This document shows, piece by piece, positions 1-13,900 of a stretch of 64,000 nucleotides of DNA. How positions within the stretch are numbered: the stretch's first letter is position 1; the number at the start of each line of letters is the position of its first letter. A program made the translations under genes and the position numbers. The stretch is from Raillietiella orientalis (taxonomy: Eukaryota): positions 248,001 through 312,000 of the forward strand of contig JAYWIR010000007.1 in assembly GCA_036172245.1 (NCBI GenBank), given 5' to 3'. A model generated the notes under the pieces. It saw only the letters and a list, made by a program, of their open reading frames with translations. It made no database searches and was not told where the DNA came from.

Positions 1-1368
1 CCGAGTCCCTTTGATGGACTTGTGCGTTCCACGTCGTGATGGTGGTCTAGGCCTCTGACGGTGGAGCGCATGGAAGTTCAGCTGCGATGCCGAACATTGG
101 CCATCGCAGCCAAGCTGTTGAGCACCCCCTGGTATGTTCCTGACCGCCTCTTCGCCAGACGTGCATCCGGAACGTGAGGACTCGCATCTCTTCTTTTATG
201 TCGTTGAAGGAAGACAAGAAGATGCCACCTTCTCCTTGGACGAGTAGCCACCCTGGCGAGGGAGAATACATGGATGATCTGCAGCCCCGTCAACTCCAGC
301 GCACGGCTGGATGAAACAGTTGGCACGTGGGCTGTAGTGAATAAGAGGAGCAACGAGACATGGAATAGCCTGCGACGCGGCCGATACGCCCGCTGCACTC
401 TACGCGACGTCCTGGAGTGTCCAGCCAGAAGCACGTGGGCAGAGACGACCTGCCTAGCGACGGTGCTGCCCTTCCTACGTAGGACCCTCGTTAGCAGCCC
501 GACGCCGAGGTGGCAAGTCTCTTGCCGTATCGCAGGCAGAGAAAAATTGTTGAGCGGTTGGACAATGGGACAGCTCGCAGACGCCACAACCCAGAGCGTC
601 CTTCAGCAAGGACTAAGAAATGGGGTGAGCTGCTCGGCATCAGGACGGATGACCTGAAATGGCCCCCAGTGATAACCCAAACAAGGATCCTTCCCCTAAA
701 ATTTCAAGATACCGCGCTTATGCTGTTGCTCTGGGGACTCCCCTGCAATGCACGCCGCCACCACTGGACACGGGGAAGTGTGAACCCAAACTGTGCCCGG
801 TGTGAGGAGCGGGAAACCCTCCCGCAGCTTTTAGTTGACTGTGCTGCCCTCCGGTCCCTGTGGGAACGCTTCGGTTCCACTTTAGGTTTCCTGGAAAATA
901 GGCTTCTTAGAGACGTTTTTCGGCTCCTCTTCGTGTGGGACGCCCTGCAGCCAGCCGCTGTAATAGCAGCTCACTGCTGCGTACGCGGTATTGTGGCAGC
1001 TTGGAGTGGATCCGACGAAGCAGAGGATGTTAGCGGAAGGCATGCCATGGAGTATGCAGTTCGCTTTCTGCGAATAGCATCCCGATGGCCCCACCTGGGA
1101 AATCTGTACCAGGACCTCGTCGGCATCCTGCAAAGGATGGAAGCTCCAAGCAACGGACAGTGATCCCTTCTTGGCCCTCCAAATGACAGGTGTTTCTACT
1201 TTTTTATTTTTTTTTATTTTTGTTCTTTCCCTAACCCCATCCGTTGACGTGGAGTCGGTCAGTGCACTGACCACCCGACAGCTCCATAGAACCATTGGCC
1301 GCAGAGGGGCCTTCTACCGCAAATACTGTTAGTTTTTCAATAAACGCCCCGGCTTGACAGGGTGAAAA
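1..1368 (+). mobile_element. L1/Tx1-clade non-LTR retrotransposon, 3' part (ORF2 C-terminus with zf-RVT, 3' UTR, terminal hairpin); copy A
   Basis: ORF 510..1163 contains the zinc finger NPNCARCEERETLPQLLVDC..LW. It is homologous to ORFs 37911..38333 and 38755..39606. A T-rich 3' UTR follows, ending in AATAAACGCCCCGGCTTGACAGGGTGAAAA (1339-1368). Confidence 0.85.
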
Positions 1369-3600
1369 CGTAGAAACAAACGCTCCGCACCGCCCCCGTC
1401 ACCCTGCCAAGGACAAGGAATGCTACTCCGGAGGTATTCTGGGAGCCTGACCTCCAATGGAGCGTCCCGCCTGCGCGAACTGCCAGATTGGCCGCATGCT
1501 GTTCGGAGAAAGCGTGAATCTCCTGCAGCAGGGCCAGAACGAAGTCGCGCAAGACGTTAGCAACCGATCGCCTCTCATCGCTGTCGTCCAGCCCGTTGAC
1601 GTTCCAACAGGCAACTCGGACGCGACGAGAAGATGCGAGACCGCGCATCATTGCTGCGGACATGGAAGGTGCGTTCCTCCACCCGTCCGGCAAGGCATCA
1701 ACAGGGAGCACGACGGATAGGTGAGCGCGAGCGCACCCTGTCTCCGCCGCGCCGCACGCGGCTGGCTCGGTGGAGTACAGGACCATTGCCTCGGGCTCCG
1801 AGGAGCATCGGGAACCGTTCCCGCCATCAGGCTTACGCCTGGAAAATTTGTCCTCGCGTCTGTCCGGGTTGCACCGGGCTTTCGCGCGCTTTCGCGCTGG
1901 CGCCCGCATCGCAGTCGGAATGCCGCGCCGCGCACGAGACCGGCGTTTGCCCTGCCTTTTTGCTTGCTGGCAGTTCGATGCTGTCCCAGCGTTGGCGGTG
2001 CGTGCCGCCGATTCCTTAGCCTCTTTCAAGACTCTCGGAGTGTCGACCACGACGGCGTACGAGACTGCGGCTGTTGCCATTTTCGGCGCCCGGTACTGCC
2101 ATTTTACCCCACCAATCTTCATTGTGGGGAAGCGAGAAGACCTCTTCTTGACTACGTCCTCCTTTTTTCTGCTGCCCACCAAGGTCTATGCAGCGTCGCG
2201 ATTCTCGCGAGTTCCCTCGCTGGACAAGGGATGCTCTGCAGTGCCCTTCGTCGCCGCAAAAGGTTCCGCTTTCGCGATCGCGGAATGGAGCTCCCTCTCC
2301 TCCTTTGCATTTTGCTGCTCCTTACCGGAAGGAGAACGCAAGGCGGCGGAAAGACGTAAACTCGTACGAGTTTTCGCTGCTTTACCTGCGGAACGGGTCA
2401 CCATACACGACTTGCCTTACGCAAGATGAGGGGTGCGCGTCCCTCATTGACGGCTGCGGCAGAATTTCCGCGAGTGCCGCGGCCCTTTTGTTCAGGGACG
2501 GCGACAGACGCCGCAGGATTTATGACACCGCCCTTCGCCTGCAGCGTAGCGCCAGGCCTCTCCTCAGGGCGTTGCGGCTGTTCACCCTTCTGCACGAGCT
2601 TTCGCGGTTCCTTGACCGCTGAAACGCCCGCGGGGTCTTTCGTGGCAGTGCCACGTTCCGAGCGTACCGGGCAATTCTTGCCCGCCGACTGGACAGCAAT
2701 ATTCGACGCGGGCGGCGTATCTGCGGGGCGATTTTGCGCCCGTCGTTTACTTCTCAGCTCGGCGCACTGATTAATTAAGTGGCCGAGCATTTTGCAGTAA
2801 CGGCAACCACGCGTGGGGCACTTTCGCGGACGGTGGCTCTCCTTGCCGCGGTTGCCGCATGCCGACTTCTAGCCGACCAACCGCATAAACACGACCGCGT
2901 CACCAACTTTCATTTCCGCAAGCAAGTCAAACCATTTATTCATGGTGACTCGCGCCGTGGCGAGTCCGCAGTGGAGGCTCGGAAGCTTTTTCACTGGGTC
3001 GACATGCCTCCATCACGCGTGCACCGTGGTATGGAACTCGAGCGCCCCTATTAAATCGCTGTCACTGATTCCCGGTTGGATGCCCGAGAGTTCGAGCACG
3101 ATCGACTGGTCCATCGCAGCAGGAACGACTTCCTTCCCACGGATTTTCAGCGGGCTTCGAAGCAGGCGCTGGACGAGGATTGCATCCTTGCAGTGCACCT
3201 CCCAATGTCCAAGCGCGCTCACTGGCATCGAAGCCAGAAGATCGCTCTCGCGGACCCGTTCCAGCTCGCTCCACAGACGGTCACCCGTCCCATCTGCAGC
3301 GAAGGTACTCACCTTGCAGCAGAGCGTAGGCTTGTAGCCTTGGGCAAGGAATGCTTGCAACTCTGCGACGTCTGCAGGCGCGTCGTCGGCTGCCTCTGTC
3401 TTCACGATAAAGGGAAGTCTCTCCGGCAGCGAGACCTTCAGCCTGCCCCTAATAGGACTAGGAATCCGGATACGTTCCACACACTCCAGGGAAGAATGAG
3501 CCGGTTCCAGTTACCACAAGGAAACAAAACACTGCTCACGGAGACAGAATACAGGCGAGCAGCGCAGCAAAGCACGTGCGCGCGTTTCAAGAGTTGGGTT
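1369..3600 (-). mobile_element. L1/Tx1-clade element, 5' part (ORF1 with two CCHC knuckles, then start of APE endonuclease), disrupted; copy D
   Basis: ORF1 3013..3480 is homologous to 57085..57600. Knuckles CGNRGKESHRPRKC and CRYCKMLGHLINQC lie at about 2765-2860. APE motifs VACWNVNGL, LLQEIH and GVAFLV are in 1337..2182. It is truncated at 1369 by the 3' end of copy A; the 5' boundary is approximate. Confidence 0.8.
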
Positions 3601-5009
3601 TGAGTATGAGGGTGGAGATTTGGGAGTATGGACCGCATTCAACTTCAACACAGTCTTTCAGCACTTCATCTAAATCTCTTACCTAGCGAGGTTCACTTTC
3701 AACCGGTTGGTGGTAAGGCAAGATGCCATTTCCATTCGTGTAACTATATCTCATTTGCCACTGGGATGTGACAACGAAAGGGCGCTCAACATATGTTCAA
3801 GGAGAAGGATATCGAAAAGATCAGACACGAATTGCCAACGGTTGTCAACGCAACGAGAACACCAGCCAAACCTGAGAGTGCCAGCAACAACACCGAAACA
3901 GGACTTAAGGGAGTATATATTCCGCAGTGGAACACTTCCAAATAAACCTTGGGATCGCAACACTGTTATGTTTGTACATCTTTTTCCATTCTCTTACGAA
4001 CACGCAGTGCAGCACGACGGGGCGAGAAGACGCGTGAAAACTTCGTAACGCTCTTTCGTACTTGCAAGAAACGCCGCCGTCGATGACATCACCATCCATA
4101 CGACGATTCTCATAAATGAGGAGTTTTAATCACAAGGAAAAGCATCCACGTATTCTCAGCGTTTCATTCACGAATGATGATGTCGAACTTGTGAGGCGGC
4201 CCTTATATACTCTTGAAGAAAAGTGTTTTCAGGTAATAGGTGACGTTGCTGTTTGCCTACGGCACCGAGGGCTGAGCTAGGAGCTCCCTGTCTGCACTGA
4301 AGGCCACCGTCTTTCTGGCAAAGCTTCCCTTCCGCTCTTCCAACCTACGACGAGGCTGCTACGCAAGTGTAGCCGCTGGCGCGGTATTACGTGTGTTACG
4401 ATGAGGCATTGGAATGTAAGGTAACCAATGATGGAAACACTGCAAGAAGTGGACGAAGGTACGCAGACATGCCTTTCCAGCATCCTTACCAACGTCCTGT
4501 GGGTGCGACTACATTCCGCGACCAGCAAAGGTTCGCCATAAGCCACAGAAGATAACTGGATGTGCGGCAATCCAAACAAGATTGCACATTGCCAGCTGCT
4601 GCAAGTTGCTGGGAAGCAAAAAAAAATTGATTTGCTTTTTTTTTCATAGTTTCATCGGAAGAGAATGGCGAATTTGGAAAAATTGCGAGACCGGACTGAA
4701 ATGGACCGTTTTGTTGGCATCGGAAAGTGGTTCCTACTTTCAGAAAGTCGATTCAAGAAGGCACTTTTATTTAGTAGCATGCACTTTGACCTTTTTTCCA
4801 ATTCCAAACGCATCATTTAGGGTGAACAAATACAATTCCAAAGAAAACAACCGAAGTTTTGTTTCGAAAAAAAAAGCGAAACAAAGCAACACAAAGAATG
4901 ACACAGAAAGCGTGGACAGAAATTCCTAAAATCTCAAGAGTAGTCACTTCGGAAGCACAGCAAAATGAAACGATCCATTGGTAATGAATTTTCCGTGGCG
5001 CACGCTCAC

Positions 5010-6200
<1,191 letters not shown>

Positions 6201-9200
6201 TCTTCATGGAATCGTGCCTTGGAGCTATGGTGGTGGTCACACACAGAGCGACGAGTCTCAGTTGCTTTTCTTGTCTTTTGCTCCTTGATGGTTTCCAATG
6301 GAAATGTTTTTCCTTTTTTGTACCATCACACAAGGTCGCTATTTTGCTTTTATCCAGTCTCACGATTTCTCACCACATTTTAGATCATCTTTCACACTTG
6401 AACCCATTTCTCACAGATGATATGGAGGTGTCGGACACAGACGTACAAAATCGAAGTTTTTTCGCATTTCGTTTCGGAATGCACGTTTCCCAAAAAGGGA
6501 AAAAAAAAAAGAAAGGTCAACCTCCGACAGAGAGGTCACCTTCACATGCCTGAAGCCAGGCGGGAATTTTCTCGAAAACGAAAATGAATGCTCGACTGGA
6601 GAAAGCTGCCCTAATAATCCTCATTACCACCAATTCACATAAGTCTTCCTCCTCACTTTTTCGTACCCACTATTCATATTGGAGTACCTACTTCTATTTT
6701 ATGAACAGTAGCTTATTGAAAATTCATGCGTAAATATTTCAACCCCGAATTCTTTTAGAATGAATTAAAAAAAAAAATACATCTTTGATAATTGAAAAAT
6801 GAGAAACACTCAATTCACTGAGAATAATAATCCGCAGTGCGAAATAAAATCGATCCTGATTTCCGTGATTAAAATGGAGCTTAATAGAATCGACGTTCGT
6901 TCACGACGTGTGTCAGGTTTCCACAAACGTGAGATTCTTGCCCTCAAGACATTTTCCGAAAGTCACTCTTTTTCATGAGCAGAGCGGGAAGGATAATCGG
7001 TCTGCTTGATCCAAACAGGGATGCTGCATGCTTTTTTTCATATGTGGAATGTTTAAAGGGAAACCTGATTGAAAATGCACAAACCCACTTGTATTGTACG
7101 GATTCTGATGACTGAAAGTCTGTTCTTCATTCCCAGTTCTGACCTTTCCCATTCAATATGCGACTGATCCTTACGAAACTTGAAAGAAATGAGTGAACTC
7201 GCTTTCACAGGGAAACCAGCAATCTACCCATTGCGAAACCGTAGGAATGCGAAAAGTGGCAGAGTGATTCACGACGTGCTCAAAGCCTTCCTCCGAAGCA
7301 GACTTTTTCCGCTCGACCTCGATCCTCGGACTCTCGTTGCCTCAGGTGAGGTCGGCCGTGCTTTTGCAGCCTCATCGTGAGATCTCCGTGTCGCGTCGAT
7401 GTTCTCGCGAAGATCGGCTGCCGAGGAGACGCGCCATTCCTCATCAACGTTCTCCCTTTTTTCCCGCACTTTCTTTTTTTGGGGAGCATTCAACCAGCGA
7501 TTTGCAGCCTTCGCTGCTTGCCTTATGTGTAGCTCTCAAACGGCGGCTTTTTTCCTACGGCGTTGTGTGATTTTTCTCTCTTTTCTGTTTGGTTGCGAGC
7601 TCGGTGTCCCTCGTGTGTCCTCATGCGCCCGTGCACGTAGCAGTAGCGGCATGCGAGAAACACTTAATCACGTGGTGTCCCTCTTGACCGCATTCCCCGT
7701 AGGCGCGCTGATGCCCCGCGTACCGCAGGCGGACAGTCGCTACCTCCATCTGTGGCCGCGTGGACATCTCGCGGCGATTTACCACAGCAGCACACACGTC
7801 GCAGAGATCAGTTGCATCGGCGCTATCGTCTCGGCCTGACGGCAGTTGGAGGCTCACGTCGTCCCTGAAAGGGTCACCAAAAAAGCCGACACGTGAACGG
7901 CTGCCAGGTGTAGTCGTCGGAAGGAAGAAGTGTGGTACGACGGCTCCGTCCTCCTACGCCGTTCTGAAAGCAAGGTGAGGCCGAACGGAATGAACCCTGC
8001 TACCAAGGTATCCTGTATATTTTTCTATTTTTTCGTAAATGTATTTGTGGTACCCTGCTTTCGGTTCCCGATCTTCGGTGTGACCCAACTGCGTGTCAGG
8101 GACCGCTTCCCTCGAACTTTCTTGCCCATCGTTTCAGGACTTTGCTTCCAGATAGCTCGTTCTCTTTTTGGAAAAATGGTCCCGGCGCTCCCGAGTGCAA
8201 AGTAACGCGCACTTCGGCAAGCTTGCATTGGATGCCTTTGTAAGACATTGCGGGGTTTATCAACATTCGCAGTGAGTGGATGATAACAAATTTTTCTAGG
8301 ACAGCAATGACTTTGTGGTTCATCCTTTGCTCCACTTTTCCACTCAACCGAACCACGAACGACTGGTCTCCTGCCGAGAAGTATTTTACGTCCATGAATC
8401 ATTAGCAGCGTGTGCAGCAAATTCTGCGTCAGGAGGGCGTCTTTGCACGGCCCTTTTCGGATGTCGCTGCCACTCGTTGGGATGAGCGAGTCTAACTGAC
8501 CTGCGTGCTTTCAGATGCTCTCTTGAGTGCACCCTCGGAGTGGAACAATATTGCACGTCGATAGTCTTCCTTCACGGTGGGATTCACTCGAGATGACCCG
8601 CAGCAGCTGAAACACTCGCTGTCTGCTTTTCTTCCTGGAGAGAAAAGGTATTTGTGCAGACCTCATTCGCCCTGTGGGCACAACGTTACATTCGAATCGT
8701 ATATGTTCTTTGAGACCACAACACGGTGATGTCGATGTGAGGGGAAGGTTGTTATCGATCGGCCGTGTGCTGTCAAAGAACACTGGCATGCAGTGTTCAC
8801 GCCCGTTTTCACCTTTGGTTCCAAGCTTCTTTCTTCTTCTTCTACCTATACATTCTACCTACTACCTAAATACTTCCACCTATATCGATTCGTGCAGGTC
8901 GACATACTTGCGTTTGATTGCCAATGCACGCCAGTTAACATATACCAAGTTAGATCGAGGACTTGATCGTTTGGTTAGACAACCTTCCCTGGTGTTGCGC
9001 AACACCCATCAGTGCAAAAAGGCCATCCACTGAACGCGTTCAACCTCCTTTGAACAACGAATGGATGGCTCCTTCATTAGGACAAGCCCACCAACGTTCA
9101 GTCCCGGTGAACGTCGAGAGGGAAACAGGGAGCAACGCTCTACCCCGATGATCTCCATGGCCCAGGTGAAGGCGGCAAAGTCTCACGCCTTCTTCAAACC

Positions 9201-10622
9201 CTGCGCATAAGAGTTTCCCCTCGGCAAAAGCTTGAGCGAAGAATCGGACTCAACTCTCAGGGAAGGACAGGGGTCGGCGTAACCACGACTGGTTGCAGAA
9301 ACGAAAGCACGAAGGGTGAAAACACTGATCCTGAAGACGAAGTGACCTGCGCATGGATTACTGGAAGAGAAAGCAAGAGAAGGAAGCTGCGTTTGAAAAG
9401 AGCTTGCCGAGGCACGCCCACCGCGGATTCAGCAGGCAACATCGGAATGCAACACGTGGCGATGGCTGCTGCGGAGCTGCGCTCAACTCAACTGCCATTA
9501 TCCCGTGAATGGATCGTTTGGGAAACTGAAAGTACACCACGTGCAGGGTCTGCAGCAAAGATATGGCAGACGAATTCGAGGTCCAAGCAAGCCAAAAAAC
9601 TGTCTTCCGCTACTGTTCCTCGGGGGCAATCGGGAATGATTCTCGGAAACACTCTCCTCATTGTGTTGAATCGAAGGAGAGTCACGACGAAGTGACTCAC
9701 CCTCGATTCAACACAGGGTGAGTCACATTCCAGGGGGTCCACACGGAACATTCACATTCTCTCGAACCGTACTGTGAATGATTGAGCCCAACCTACAAGG
9801 AGATTGTCCGAATATTCTTCTTCTCGGCAACAACAACACCAGGGAGGAAGCAAGGATTCTTCGGAACCGCTGCCTGATCGCACCGTCAGCGAGCCGGCGG
9901 CAGGCTTTCCAATGAGTTCAGAAATGCCCCAAGCAAAGTCGCTGCATTCACGACTCCCTACAATCATAGACGTTTCTGCAGCGTATTTGGAAGATGGGAT
10001 TTCCCCAGAATTTGGCACGAAGAAGATGGCTAAATACTTCTTTTTCGTCATCAGAGACCAAAAGTGCTCCGGCACCGTAGATGATTTGAAGCAACCTTGC
10101 ACTCTTGTGAGTAACTGAGAAAAGGTGGCAGCTGAGAATTGCGATGCTCCGGGATCTGCTTCGCACGGAGGGGATTCTTTCAGATAAAAACACCTTTGCC
10201 GGAAAAGTTGCGCTTGCCTTGGGACTGCTGACAGTCGTCCGAGCGCTTTGTTTTAGTCCGGAAGGACAACCCATTCAAGGGTTCTGGGCGGGACGCATAA
10301 GACGCTTCAGAGACAGGATTTCATAAACGGAGACTCTGGACGAATGCCCTCACGAACGGTTAGATGAAGCTGGCGGTATAGCAGTCTGGCATCCCGTTAA
10401 CAACTGATGAGGAACACGCCGAAGCACTGTGAAAAAGCCTAATGAGAAAGGAGAGCCCGGAGCTGTTTGCAATTCCAAAGCTGTGCACACACGAAATAAA
10501 GCGACATTCACAAAAAGAGCGCCAAACTGCTCAGACGGAAGACGAAGCAACCTGTTGGACACGCGGTAATCACCTTGAAGGTTCTGCATGAAATGGAAGG
10601 AATGAGGATAAGCAGGTCTCGT

Positions 10623-10927
10623 TTTCACTCGGATGTGCCGGGGCATTTATTTCGAAAAATAAAAATACATTAATTTTTCCAGTGGAGAAGCCGAAGGCGC
10701 ACCACGCCAAAACAGCTTGCTGGTTGCCGGCGCTAGGCCGGAGAGGTCCTTCCGATGCGCGGGGGTTGGGACAGAAAAAACAAAACAAACAAAAAGTTTA
10801 AACACGGGAGGGGATAAATGTTTAGGGATGGGAGGGCAGGGAGGGGATCACTATGCGCCCGGAGAGGTCCTCTAGATCCTGTTCAGGATCTGGACAAGCT
10901 GTGTCCTCTGTGCGCCTAAGTTACGCC
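10623..10927 (-). mobile_element. Heavily 5'-truncated Tx1-like insertion with 12-bp TSD; copy E
   Basis: It encodes the last ORF2 residues (LGAQRTQLVQILNRI, compare LGAMTRDLEGILERM), then a T-rich UTR and the family terminal hairpin. The direct repeat AGCAGGTCTCGT flanks it at 10611-10622 and 10928-10939. Confidence 0.85.
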
Positions 10928-13900
10928 AGCAGGTCTCGTGGTGATTGAGAATGATCCCAGTTTCCACAGGAGAGCAACGAAGTTCCAGGAAGGTTATTTG
11001 GGTGCCATTGTGTTGCACTACGCATCAAACTGTCTTCCCCACATATCTGTTTTTTATGAACCTCAAGGAATTGACCCTGTGGGTTGGAGACGTGCCAGCG
11101 ACGGTGTGCTACATGCAGGAGCCTAAGAAACTTAGAAAACAGAGTTTTCCTTGGGCAGGGCACGATTCCACACAAACGCTCTAAATGAGCTTTGTTCAGT
11201 ATCCCCTCGACACAAGTGATCTTTCCTACCGTTGCCATAAGATGAGGAGCTCACTGATCACATAAGATGAAAACTGGAAGTATGAACTCCTCTCTGCAAA
11301 ACGCATCTCCCTATCAGAAATCTTTTATTAATCTAATGAAAGTAACCATCTCATTTTCCTCAACGCAGAAAAAACACACGCGAACGCGCAGAGAATGGGA
11401 GTTGGGCAAAGTATCGCTCAGTCAGTGAGTCCTCAACGTTGCCAACGAATTTTTCTTAGCCTCAGCTCGAAATTCAACGAAGCAAACAAATGTGCACTCT
11501 TAAGATTTACCGCTTTCAAGTTCTTCTGGTTGTGGGACCTCGCATCCCTTGCTCAGAAGTATCAAGATGTTCACGGCATGAAATTGCAGGCAATATACAC
11601 GCTGTGGGCACAGACACCACAAAGAAGGCGCCTCGCTGATCAGCTGACATTTGGGTATTCGAAGGCTCCTTCGAGGGCGGCAGCCCCACCATTTGCACAA
11701 TTTGAAAACGACCAACAATCCAAAAAAGTGTTCCAAAGTGGCTGCTTGGAAAGCACGCCGTGGAGTTCCCCACTCGGCGCTTTCAGCGGATAAGTTGCAG
11801 TGGTGCTCCACTCACGAGCCGTACACTCAAGTACACTGCGCAGTTGAGGATTCCATCAGGTCTTCATCCTTAATCACCATGATTTGTTCGGTGTGATTTT
11901 GCCTACAACAAAGTTACTATGCTCGTTGCCTGTGCCTTTGGCATTCCTGGTCCGCTGACCAGGCGACAAGCACTTGAAAACAGGCAGTGCCACTTTTGAC
12001 ATCAGCCGTGTGGATGCTCCCACGCATTGAGGGGTCTTCCCTTCGTGTCTCCATTCGCTCGAATTTCTCGAAATCGGAAAATTCGGATTTCGAGGACCTC
12101 GCCGAATTCGCAAGCATCGACTGCTTGTTTCCACAAGCATTAACAACACCGTCATGGCTTCCTCCGCCAAAGGAAATGAAGAAGGATGGACACTCTCCAT
12201 TTGTGTATCTTACGCCCTATGCCCACGTGCAATTCAAATATTCTTCCGGTTGGGAAACTTTGGTGTGAATTTTTCAAAATGACGAGTGATGCAGAATGCT
12301 AGTTTCGAACATGCAGTACCACACCTTCAATGCAGAGATCTCGAAGTTCCTCCGACCCTTTCCCGTTCTGGTCGCTGCTCTTCATTTCATCTTCAATTGC
12401 ACCCGCCTCATCCAAACGGAAGGTAACGTCCCGTTTCCTGTTTTGCCAATCTGTCATTTAGTCAACATTTCTCATGTGTTTCGTGGAAAGAACAAACAAA
12501 GCATTTCATTATTCGATTGATTGTAGAGGAAGAAATCGCATTCCTATGAGTGTCAGTGCTATAATCACAAGAAACGAACAAATGAGTTCTGTATTGCTGA
12601 AACACTTCCTGAGCTGTGTAGCAGAATGTCAGTGTCTCGCAACGTGATTAAACAAACGACACAGAACTTGCACAAAATAGGAAGGTACTCTATTCTCTGG
12701 AGTTCAAGTTACACGCAGTTTTCAAGAACACAGTGATTTCCTTTCAAACCCTTCATTTTTTTGAACGTTTTTTTTGTTTTTTCTGTTTTTTTTTTTTTTT
12801 TGGGTTTCTCTCCCATTGCCCTGTGCTGCAGAGTCGAAGCCCGCTTGTCTGGGTGCCAGTTCCCGGCAGCTTCCCGCTCCTGGTTCCGGGTCACGTGACG
12901 CAGGACCAAACGCCCGGCCACGCACGTTTCTGTTTCGTTTCCAAACCAACGAAGGCGTGACCGAGTGTCAACCAGTGAGACCAGTGCACACACGGAGAGT
13001 TGCTTGGCAAACCGTCTCCCGTTCGCATCCCACCTTCTGTTCGACCGCAGTGCCCGTGAACACCGCTGGTGGTGTCGCCCGGGCGTTCCGCCGACCGCAC
13101 CACACCGCTCCGCAATTGCTGCGACGCCTCTTCGCGGAGAAAGTGTCGAAGGAGGGCGCAGCAGTGAGCTGCGTTTGCGTCCAGGTGACCTCCCGCCATG
13201 AGGAGGACTCAGGATCGCGCAGAAACGAATCAACCACATGCGAAGGCGAATTTCGAAATTCGGAAGCACGATGCCCTCATGTGCCACGAGAAGTTTCCTG
13301 GGAAATCACCACCATCCGGAGACGCTCCTAGGAAGGAAGAAAGCATTCCACGACGCACCTCCCTCTTCACGCCCTCACGGCCCTTTTTTATTCCTTCCTA
13401 TTCCCCTTTTCACAATTCAGAAGCCGGCCTGCGTGCCAGTGCTCACCTCAAATTGACTTTCCCATTTCTGTGGCATCTGCCATATTTCGTGGAGGAAAAC
13501 ACTCCTTGCAGAACCTTTATTGTGTTCATTTGTTTTGCTCTGTACCTCACGGAGTCACCGTGAAACAACCGAATCACCAAGGTCGATCTGTGCACCAATT
13601 GAGTCAACTGAAGATTTCCAAAATCCACTCTCCATTTACGTGTGATGACTTTCTTCTCTTTCCCAGACTCCCCCCTCAACTGCAAGCTTCGCAATGAACC
13701 GGGAAGACTGAAAAATAGGTACGAACAGAGGAAATATCAGCTCGTGCTCCGTTCTGTCGAAGTACATAAAAGTTAGCGGCGCCATGTTGCACAGTGCCTG
13801 CAATCCGATTGATAAATCGTAAAATGCAGGTTGTGAAGCTGCACGTGGGTTCCTGGAGATGATGGGAGGTTCTTCTGTTTATGCGGTGCGCGTGATGGTG

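Noticed and set aside
8448..8466. Histone 3' stem-loop (GGCCCTTTTC...)
   Set aside because: The 3' arm is not complementary and no histone gene is adjacent.
10404..10425. Hammerhead ribozyme cores at CTGATGAG sites (10404, about 13930, about 60140)
   Set aside because: None has a proper stem II closing onto GAAA together with stems I and III.
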